Under the pieces are notes generated by a model, which saw nothing but the letters and a program-made list of their open reading frames with translations, was not told the DNA's origin and did not search any database. Positions 1 to 7,314 of a DNA stretch of 33,615 bases are shown in pieces. Position 1 is the first letter of the stretch. The number at the start of each line of letters is the position of its first letter. The position numbers and the translations under genes are program-made. The DNA is taken from NCBI GenBank assembly GCA_046583315.1, contig JAYGCN010000078.1, positions 1-33,615 of the forward strand, given 5' to 3'. Source of the DNA: Candidatus Hydrogenedentota bacterium (lineage in GTDB: Bacteria > Hydrogenedentota > Hydrogenedentia > Hydrogenedentales > GCA-2746185).

Positions 1-2
1 TG

Positions 3-575
3 GAGCTGGTGCGGGAACAGGGTCAGGGCGTTGGCGTTGATATGCACCCTTTGGCGTTGTCTCACTGTCGTAAACGTGGACACACGCGATTGACTCGGGG
101 TGATGTGCTGCATCTCCCGATACCTGATGATTCGGCTGACGCGGTTCTGTTGATGGATGTACTTTATCATCAGGCTGTACCGGACAAAGTCGCCGCTCTT
201 GCCGAGGTGTGCCGCATACTTAAGCCGGGTGGACGAGTGCTCATCAATGTTCCCGCCTACCAATGGATGCGCTCGTCACATGATGCGGCGATTCATACGG
301 ATCAGCGCTTTACGAAAGCCGAACTGCGGTCGTTCGCGGAAGAAACTGGATTGGCGGTTGAATCGTCGAGGTATTGGAATACGATTTTGTTTCCGGCGGT
401 TTTCGTCGTACGCATGCTGAGGAGAAATCGTTCTGATGTGGAGTCGGATTTGTCGGGATACCACTCGAGCGGACTCACCTATATGTTTGAACAGGTACTG
501 GCACTGGAGAGGTGCGTATTCAAACGTGTTCCAGCCCCATTCGGACTTTCTATCTTTCTCGTAGCCCGAAAATGA
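3..575 (+). CDS. Class I SAM-dependent methyltransferase (type 11-like), 5'-truncated by the window edge
   Basis: Motifs 'GVDMHP', 'GDVLHLPIPDDSADAVLLMDVLYH' and 'EVCRILKPGGRVLINVPA'. The frame is open back to base 3 and the GxGxG motif I is missing, so the true start lies upstream. Confidence 0.85.
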   Translation, partial: ELVREQGQGVGVDMHPLALSHCRKRGHTRLTRGDVLHLPIPDDSADAVLLMDVLYHQAVPDKVAALAEVCRILKPGGRVLINVPAYQWMRSSHDAAIHTDQRFTKAELRSFAEETGLAVESSRYWNTILFPAVFVVRMLRRNRSDVESDLSGYHSSGLTYMFEQVLALERCVFKRVPAPFGLSIFLVARK

Positions 576-582
576 GTACTTG

Positions 583-1752
583 CTACTCCTCGTGTTTGGG
601 TTTTCCATCTTTGCCCTTGAGCAAGGTGTGAGCCTCTTCCAGTGCTGCAGGGATGGCGGCGGCGTGTGTTGAGCCGTTGAGTACTGAGGAAAGGGAATCG
701 GCATCGATATCGGCGGCGTTGGTGCCGGGAAACCAGGTGCCTGCATTTCCAAGCATGCCGTAACGCATTTTGCCGTATTCGACCATATCGAAGGCTTTGG
801 CTAGATTGCGCAGTCGAAGGATAACCTTGATGTTCACTTCGCCTGGTGTTTCGTCCCAGGTCGGAAGATTATCGTCCCAGGTTTCGGCCCAGCTCTCCCC
901 CATCTCTTCGCGAAGGGCATTTTCGAGTCGTTCGATAATGGGAGGCAACAATTCGGCGGACCGATCGAGGAGTTCGACCATTTCCATGTGAATGTCGAAG
1001 TCTTCGGGTCGTTCGACTCCGCAACTCAAGGTATGGACGTCTGGATTGGATAGACAGAATAGACCGTTGAAGACCATGGGGTGTAATGGCGCGGTAAGTT
1101 CAACGAGTCGATCGCTGGGTTTGTAGAGGAGTCCGCCTTTGTCGTTCGGACTGATGATGAATACGCCGGCATCTTGTCGTTTGGCTTCTTCGATGGCGGG
1201 CAAGTTTTCCTGGTTGATGTAGTACCAGTGAAGGTTGACGTGGTCGAAGAGTCCTGTCGCGAGTGCTTTGGTGATGATGCGCGCGTCGCCGTGGGTTGAG
1301 AAGCCGATATCGAGAACGCGTCCCTCCTCTTTCCATTGTTTGACGTGGGTGTCGTAACATTTCAAGGCGGCATCCAACGATTTGTCGTCATTGATACCGT
1401 GGAAGGAAAAAATGTCGAGGTATTCCATGTTGAGCAGGCCGAGGCCTTTTTCGAATGCGGCGGCGAACTTGTCGGTGTTGTCGGAGGGCCCTACTTTCGT
1501 CTGAACGTAGATCTCGTTGCGCGGTAATTTCGGAAGCACTTTGCCAAGTTGGTACTCACTGGTGCCGTATCCACGGGCGGTTTCGATGTGATTGACACCG
1601 ACATCGATGGCCTTATAGATGCACTTCTCAAGATTTTCCTGGCTTTCATCGCTGACGGGATCGCCGGATTTCCAGGATTGCTGGTAGCGCATGCCTCCGC
1701 AGCTGATGACCGAAATATCATAGTTGGTACGACCGAATCGACGATACCGCAT
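583..1752 (-). CDS. Aldo/keto reductase family oxidoreductase
   Basis: N-terminal 'MRYRRFGRT...SVISCGGM', then 'GVNHIETARGYGTSE', 'QTKV', 'YLDIFSFHG' and 'IGFSTHG'. Strong GGGGAGGAG SD before the ATG. Confidence 0.9.
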   Translation of the reverse strand: MRYRRFGRTNYDISVISCGGMRYQQSWKSGDPVSDESQENLEKCIYKAIDVGVNHIETARGYGTSEYQLGKVLPKLPRNEIYVQTKVGPSDNTDKFAAAFEKGLGLLNMEYLDIFSFHGINDDKSLDAALKCYDTHVKQWKEEGRVLDIGFSTHGDARIITKALATGLFDHVNLHWYYINQENLPAIEEAKRQDAGVFIISPNDKGGLLYKPSDRLVELTAPLHPMVFNGLFCLSNPDVHTLSCGVERPEDFDIHMEMVELLDRSAELLPPIIERLENALREEMGESWAETWDDNLPTWDETPGEVNIKVILRLRNLAKAFDMVEYGKMRYGMLGNAGTWFPGTNAADIDADSLSSVLNGSTHAAAIPAALEEAHTLLKGKDGKPKHEE

Positions 1753-1796
1753 GACTCCTCCCCTTAATGGTTGACCGCGCAGAAGGCGGGAGTCAC

Positions 1797-1826
1797 AGCA
1801 TATCGTTATTGCGGTTGGGTTTGCAA
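1797..1826 (-). promoter_or_regulatory. Putative sigma70 promoter for the aldo/keto reductase (TTGCAA-N18-TATGCT)
   Basis: Near-consensus hexamers on the minus strand, overlapping the 3' end of the kinase gene. Confidence 0.3.
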
Positions 1827-4800
1827 TTCGAGGCTCTGGAGGAGTTGAAGCAGATCATCGGAGCGGAAGGGCTTCAGCAGGAGTCCGTCGGCACCGGATT
1901 CCTTCATGGCGAGCGTGTCTTGCGTAATGGGTTTGGCGGTGACCATGTAGACTTGAATGCCTGCCAGATCTGGGTTGGACTTAATGCGCAGGCAGGTCTC
2001 CCAACCGTCCATGCCCGGCATCGAGATGTCCAACAGAACCAATCCAAATTCGCCGCTCTTGATTTCCTGTAGCGCGTCTTCACCGCTGGTACACAGTGCG
2101 GTCTCGTAGCCCTCGTTTACCAGGCAACGATTGACGAACTCAAGAATTTCAGGGTCGTCATCCACGCATAACACTTTGTGGCCCACGGGTGTGCCTATGG
2201 CGAACTCTTTGGTAATGGCATGATGAATTCCGCTGAGTAAACCACTCTTTCTGAAATTACGCTTGACGTGCGCGCTTGCATGGGGTTTGAGAGCATGGTA
2301 CTCGGCTTCATCGTTGGTGAGCACGACGATTGGTGGTGTGGGTTCATCGTGGCTATCGGCCAAGGTGACGATAAAGTCTTGAAAGGTATCGGCTGGACTG
2401 AGATCGATAAGGATACAATCGGGATGATGACGTTGCATGAGCGAAGCAGCGGATTCTGCTGAGCCCGCATGAATCATATCCATGCCTTCGGAGGTGAGTA
2501 AGTCGCGTATCTGCATGCTTAGTGCTTTGTCCAGGGTTACGACTTCAACGAGAATATGGGCGGCCTCAGCAACGGGTTCGGGCAGTTGAGGATGATCGCT
2601 GGCATGACTGGGAGAGAGACTGAGATTAAAGCGGAAGGTGGTGCCATCTCCCTCCGAGCTGGTTACGGTAATGGTGTTGCCGTGGAGGCGTACGATGTCT
2701 TGCGCGATGGCCAGACCGATCCCGGTGCCGCCGTATTTACGTGTGGATGATGCATCGTATTGGTAGAAACGGGTGAATATTTTGTCCAGCGCGTCTTCGG
2801 GAATGCCGATTCCGTCATCCTCGACGATGACCTCGACGGAACGAAGCATCAACTTGAGTTCAACGCGGATGATGCCTCCGGTTTCATTAAATTTTAACGC
2901 GTTTGAAAGAAGATTATTGAAAACCTGGCCCAATTTTCCCCGGTCACCGTCGACGAACACAGGCCCGTCATCGGTGATCAGATCGATTCGGATTTTTCGG
3001 CTGTCCGCCATGGGCTGGACTATCTGGATACTACCGCGCGCACACTCGACGAGATCGAAGGTGTCGAAGATGAGTCGTTCATCGCCGCGATTGAGGCGTG
3101 AGAAGTCGAGCAGATTTTCGATTAAAGTGACCAGCTTTTCAATGTTTCGCAGGCTAATTTCGAGGTATTCTTGTTGGACGTTGTTGATTGGGCCTGCTTT
3201 TCCGTTAAGAATCATGTCGTTGTACCCCATGACGGAAACCAGCGGTGTGCGTAGCTCATGCGAAACGTTGGAGAGCAGATTGGTTTTCATTTCATCGAGT
3301 GACTTGAGTTCGTCGTTCACTTCGTGCAGCTTTTCTCGTGCACGGGTGACCTCTTCCAGGGATAATTGCAGGTTGGTCAGCAACTGGGCGTTACGAATGG
3401 CCACGGCGACGTGTGGCGCCATTTGCTCAATCGCTTCGACATCATGCCGTAGAAAGTTGCGGGGTAGTTGTGATCCTAAATTTAGTGTACCAATGATGCG
3501 ACCGGTCGTGTACAACGGCACGCAGAGGCAACTCTTGGTGTTTTCGGGGAACTGGGATGCGAAGGGCGAGGTTTCGCTTTGGAGCTTGTCAACCACCAGA
3601 CATTCTTGTTCGCGAACGACCCACGCTGCGCAGGAATCGACGACGTTAAGGGCGAAGGTGTTTCCCGGCATGACGACATTGTCGGGCCATAGTTGGCGCC
3701 CGTCAAACACGTCGCCTGACTCGTTGAGCAAGGCAACGGCGGCGTAGTCGAAATCGAGCAGTTTTTTGAGTTCGGCAACCAGACTTTCGTAGAGTCGCCC
3801 TGCCTCCAGGCTGGAGTTAATTACGTTGGCAATTTGGTTGATGGCGCTGATGCGTTCGGAGCGTTCGCGTGCTTCGTCTTCGAGCTGTACGCTTTTTGTG
3901 ATGTCTCGTATGATGCCTTCTAGCCCAACAGGATGATTGTCTTCATCGAATTCTCGATTCCGGGTCAGTTCCACACAGATGACGTCACCTTCAAGGCGTT
4001 CGAGCCAAAGGCGTACACGGTCCCCACCTTCAGCAAGCTGTATGGCGCTGGACATGGGGTCGAAATCGACATCCTCGGTAAAGAAACGGCGAATCGGAGT
4101 GCCCAGGGCTTGATCGGTGTTGGTAAACCCGAATATGGAAAGACCGGCTTTGTTCAAGAAGGTAAAGTTTCCATCCATGTCTATTTGGTAAACACCGTCG
4201 TGCAGGGCAGTCACGAGGTGACGATATTTTTCTTCCGAATCTTCGAGTTGTACGATATTGGACTTGAGTGCGATGGCCATTTGGTTGAAGGACATGGCCA
4301 GTTCTTCGATTTCGTCACCGGTTTCAATCTTGAGCTTGAGATCGAAATCACCTTGACGCACGATCTGTGCGCCTTCGTTGAGCAGTGATAACGGTCGCAC
4401 GATGTTGTTATGGACCTCGCGGTAGGCATTGATGGAAAGGATTCCAATGAAAAGAAAGCATCCGACGGTGAGTAAGGCAACACTCTTGTTGATACCGGAA
4501 AACACATCAGCCGAGGGTCGGTATACCGCCAGATAAATGTCAAGGTTTGAAAAGGTCAGATCAACGAGTTTTTGATAGGCCACCATGGCGTTATGCGTAC
4601 GAACGCCATCTACCTGAATGTAGTTGGCAATTGCATGCATACCGTAGGAGCGGCCGGCGAGAAGTTCTTCTTCGAGAGTGGGATCGGTATCGATGAGTCG
4701 AAGCGAGGTGTTTCCGTCGGCATCCAAACCGGGATCCCCTTGTACTGTATATACCACTTCCCCTGCACGATAGAGTATTTGGTAGACATTTTCGTCTACC

Positions 4801-5438
4801 TCACTGCCGCGATCGAGACGTGGCGTTCCCATTGCATATTCAAGTAACGGGTTTATCTGCGCTTTGATGGCGACATAGCCGATTCGTGAGCCGTTCGACG
4901 GCGAATAGGCAGGAGCGACGACCAATGCGTTGATAATTTCCTGGTTCTGCGTAAACTCGAATGAGTTGAATGTGGCATCGGTGGAAGACTCTGGAATTTC
5001 AACGTCGAGCAGTCCAGGAAGAGTTGACGGTCCCACGGAGAAAAATAGTCGCTTGTCCGCGCCATACAACGCTATCGCGGAGGGACTGGTTGTATCAATT
5101 GATCGATAGCGATTCAACCATTGTTTTAATGCGGCATTGTTGATGGGCTCGAATAATTCGTTGGCTCCATCTTCGCTATAGGGCGACAGGGATTGAACGA
5201 TATAGGGGTCAGCGGCGAGGTTCTCGGCTACAGCCAATCGTGCAGACGACTCAATGAAGATGCCCTCGGCCGCTTTTTGTGCAGAACTGAGCAGTGCTTG
5301 CTGAACCGCTTCGCTTTGGCCGCCTCGGGCCACAATGTAGCCCATAACGATGATGATGACGATAGGCAGGGTGCAAACCCACAGAATGGTCGATAGGATT
5401 TTTCGCTCGATGCCGACGCGGTTGCGGGAGGAGGACAT
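1806..5438 (-). CDS. Membrane-bound hybrid sensor histidine kinase (TM-extracytoplasmic-TM-HAMP-PAS-GAF-HisKA-HATPase-degenerate REC-REC)
   Basis: Two TM segments. HAMP 'IVRPLSLL...GDEIEELAMSFNQM', PAS 'DGVYQIDMDGNFTFLNKAG', GAF 'SCLCVPLYTTGRIIGTLNL'. H-box 'VSHELRTPL', N-box 'NNLLSNALKF', G-boxes 'DDGIGI' and 'GGTGIGLAI'. Final REC 'VDDDPE...LLDISMPGMDG...KPF'. Confidence 0.95.
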   Translation of the reverse strand: MSSSRNRVGIERKILSTILWVCTLPIVIIIVMGYIVARGGQSEAVQQALLSSAQKAAEGIFIESSARLAVAENLAADPYIVQSLSPYSEDGANELFEPINNAALKQWLNRYRSIDTTSPSAIALYGADKRLFFSVGPSTLPGLLDVEIPESSTDATFNSFEFTQNQEIINALVVAPAYSPSNGSRIGYVAIKAQINPLLEYAMGTPRLDRGSEVDENVYQILYRAGEVVYTVQGDPGLDADGNTSLRLIDTDPTLEEELLAGRSYGMHAIANYIQVDGVRTHNAMVAYQKLVDLTFSNLDIYLAVYRPSADVFSGINKSVALLTVGCFLFIGILSINAYREVHNNIVRPLSLLNEGAQIVRQGDFDLKLKIETGDEIEELAMSFNQMAIALKSNIVQLEDSEEKYRHLVTALHDGVYQIDMDGNFTFLNKAGLSIFGFTNTDQALGTPIRRFFTEDVDFDPMSSAIQLAEGGDRVRLWLERLEGDVICVELTRNREFDEDNHPVGLEGIIRDITKSVQLEDEARERSERISAINQIANVINSSLEAGRLYESLVAELKKLLDFDYAAVALLNESGDVFDGRQLWPDNVVMPGNTFALNVVDSCAAWVVREQECLVVDKLQSETSPFASQFPENTKSCLCVPLYTTGRIIGTLNLGSQLPRNFLRHDVEAIEQMAPHVAVAIRNAQLLTNLQLSLEEVTRAREKLHEVNDELKSLDEMKTNLLSNVSHELRTPLVSVMGYNDMILNGKAGPINNVQQEYLEISLRNIEKLVTLIENLLDFSRLNRGDERLIFDTFDLVECARGSIQIVQPMADSRKIRIDLITDDGPVFVDGDRGKLGQVFNNLLSNALKFNETGGIIRVELKLMLRSVEVIVEDDGIGIPEDALDKIFTRFYQYDASSTRKYGGTGIGLAIAQDIVRLHGNTITVTSSEGDGTTFRFNLSLSPSHASDHPQLPEPVAEAAHILVEVVTLDKALSMQIRDLLTSEGMDMIHAGSAESAASLMQRHHPDCILIDLSPADTFQDFIVTLADSHDEPTPPIVVLTNDEAEYHALKPHASAHVKRNFRKSGLLSGIHHAITKEFAIGTPVGHKVLCVDDDPEILEFVNRCLVNEGYETALCTSGEDALQEIKSGEFGLVLLDISMPGMDGWETCLRIKSNPDLAGIQVYMVTAKPITQDTLAMKESGADGLLLKPFRSDDLLQLLQSLELQTQPQ

Positions 5439-5458
5439 GGGGACAGTGTATCAGAGGG

Positions 5459-6043
5459 TTATCCCACAGATCTCCCTTTTCCTATCAAGTCCTGTACTTT
5501 TTTCTGGAGCTCGTCCACCTTAAACGGCTTGGGCAGATACTCGTCTGCACCGCATTCGAATATGCGCTCGATATCTTCTTCTTTGGTGAGGCAGGTTACC
5601 GCCATGATAGGAATGCTTCGAGTCAAATCGTTTGCTCGGAGTGCTTTACACACATCGAAGCCGTTTACTTCTGGCATCAGAAAGTCGAGCAAAATCAGAT
5701 CGGGAGATAGTTGCGCGGCCTTTAGACCCACCTCGGTTGCGTTGCTCACGGTGATGAGTTCGTAACCTTGATCCAATAGGATATTTTCCATGAGCGTGAG
5801 CGCATCGGGCTCATCGTCAACAATCATGATCCGTTCTTTGGTCGTTCCTTTGTCCCGTGGGAACATATCGTATTCTTCGCGAAATTTATCGAGATCGGGC
5901 TCGAGGATTCGGTAATGCCCGCCGGGGGTGCGTGACGCCTTGATAAGGCCTTGTTTAATCCAATTTTTTATGCTGTGGTGTGTGACATGACAGATTTTCG
6001 CGGCTTCAAATGTCGTGTACGCCTTATGCTCTCGCTCGCTCAC
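5459..6043 (-). CDS. Response regulator with N-terminal excisionase/HTH_17 (MerR-superfamily) DNA-binding domain and C-terminal receiver domain
   Basis: 'YTTFEAAKICHVTHHSIKNWIKQGLIKASRTPGGHYRI' followed by 'IMIVDDEPD...LILLDFLMPEVNG...KPF'. The GTG at 6043 has an AGGAGG SD 7 nt upstream (6051-6056) and is preferred to the track start at 6085. Confidence 0.92.
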   Translation of the reverse strand: MSEREHKAYTTFEAAKICHVTHHSIKNWIKQGLIKASRTPGGHYRILEPDLDKFREEYDMFPRDKGTTKERIMIVDDEPDALTLMENILLDQGYELITVSNATEVGLKAAQLSPDLILLDFLMPEVNGFDVCKALRANDLTRSIPIMAVTCLTKEEDIERIFECGADEYLPKPFKVDELQKKVQDLIGKGRSVG

Positions 6044-6135
6044 GGTAGGACCTCCTGCGTCGTAGAAGACAACCGAGCGTGCCAATCCAGTATCGGCTCG
6101 GATTTATTATTAACAGTATGCTTACTATCGTAGAA

Positions 6136-6164
6136 ATTATATGTATAACTGGAAGATTTGTCAA
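6136..6164 (-). promoter_or_regulatory. Perfect-consensus sigma70 promoter (TTGACA-N17-TATAAT) with an AT-rich upstream tract, pointing at the regulator/kinase pair
   Basis: Plus strand ATTATA at 6136-6141 and TGTCAA at 6159-6164, exactly 17 nt apart. AT-rich 6165-6185 resembles an UP element. Confidence 0.85.
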
Positions 6165-6229
6165 TAAAATAACGAAATTTGTAATCAAGAATGGAAAGTA
6201 ATGGGCTCGATAAGTTCTTTCGAAATAAC

Positions 6230-6733
6230 CTAAGTGTCTGTACCTGAACGTGTTACGGCGAAGTCGGGGAGTTCATCCTCGTCTTCACCATCAGATGCCG
6301 CGCGCTCGGGCATGGTTAGAATTTGGGTGGATTGGTGTCGTTCCTCGTCGAGGTTTCCGGCAGCTTGGGCGAGTGCTCGTGCAATTTCTTCACGCATCTC
6401 GATGAGGGTGTGCCGGCAACTTGCGCACTGTTGCAGGTGGGTAAGCCTGGTGGGGTATTCATCGTGCTTTTCGCCGGCATCCATAAAACTGGCCATTTGA
6501 ATGTCGTCCAGACAATTTTGGTCATTGATTTCGTGGCCGAGGGCTTCAATCTGTTGAAAGTAACATATCTCGCGTTCGATGGATTTGAGGGCGTTTTTAC
6601 ACGTGGCACAGGTATCCAGGTGATTGGTGATGTCGCTACACAGGCCTTCGGAAAACCGTTCTAGCGCATATTCTTGCAGCGCGTAGTCGGTATAGCATTG
6701 AGGGGCTGAGGGATGTGGATGTTGAGATGTCAT
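6230..6733 (-). CDS. Soluble anti-sigma-like protein with two tandem zf-HC2/ZAS zinc fingers
   Basis: Two C-x~24-HxxxCxxC units ('QC...NHLDTCATC' and 'NC...THLQQCASC'). No TM segment, acidic tail, directly downstream of an ECF sigma gene. Confidence 0.75.
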   Translation of the reverse strand: MTSQHPHPSAPQCYTDYALQEYALERFSEGLCSDITNHLDTCATCKNALKSIEREICYFQQIEALGHEINDQNCLDDIQMASFMDAGEKHDEYPTRLTHLQQCASCRHTLIEMREEIARALAQAAGNLDEERHQSTQILTMPERAASDGEDEDELPDFAVTRSGTDT

Positions 6734-6737
6734 CGGA

Positions 6738-7313
6738 TCAGGTATACAGGTGTTTCCTGAGTTTTTGTTTTGCCCGCCGTATAATGGTGGCGACGGTATT
6801 GATGTTGAGCGAGAGAACTTCTCCTATTTCGAAATACTTCAAATTGTCGACGTAATACATTGTAACCACGATTCGCTCGCACGCGTCAAGAGTTTTTAGA
6901 GAATTCAGAATTCGTTCAGGATCTTCAGCGCGTTGGATTACCGCGAGTGCCCTGGGTTGTTCCTGGGAGTCTGTTTCGCGTGCATATTGTTTCATCACGG
7001 TATCGCGACGCGCCTGATTGCGCACGAATGATGTGACATGGTTGCGGGCGGTCACGAATAGCTAGCCGTTGAGATATCGCGGATCGTTGGGTGTGGAGAA
7101 TTTTGCGTAATTATTTTCTGAAATTTTCAAAACGATGTCATTCGTGAGATCTTCGACGTCACTTTGAGAATAGTAGACGTTTAGCTGGACGAGTCTGTTG
7201 CGGACGACATTTTGCAGATAGGGGTTGTAGCGATTGTAAAATTCGGCGTGGGCATCATCGTCCCCATTGATGCATCGGTGAACGAATTCAGGTATATCGA
7301 ACTCCTCGGGCAA
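6738..7313 (-). pseudogene. ECF-type sigma-70 factor interrupted by one in-frame TAG (7062-7064)
   Basis: ORFs 7062-7313 and 6738-7055 are in the same frame and read ...RYLNG*LFVTARNH..., with the stop replacing the conserved Trp of 'xWLxxxARN'. Region 2 'DVEDLTNDIVLKI' and region 4 'ERIVVTMYYVDNLKYFEIGEVLSLNINTVATIIRRAKQKLR' are present. Confidence 0.85.
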
Positions 7314-7314
7314 T

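Noticed and set aside
2773..3747. 324-aa plus-strand ORF inside the sensor kinase
   Set aside because: Antisense shadow of a well-supported gene. It is Ser/Arg-rich with no recognisable motif.
5900..6043. Excisionase-like domain as a sign of a prophage or integrative element
   Set aside because: It is fused to a receiver domain beside a kinase, and no integrase, att site or phage gene is present.
6044..6085. Longer ORF-track starts (regulator 6085, and likewise trpB 24084 and trpF 24646)
   Set aside because: Downstream starts have a better SD or match family N-termini, and the trp extensions only overlap neighbouring genes.
7062..7064. TAG as a recoded or pyrrolysine codon
   Set aside because: TAG ends several clear genes here (dxs, trpB, trpD, the AKR), no pyl genes are in the window, and the position is a conserved Trp one transition away from TAG.
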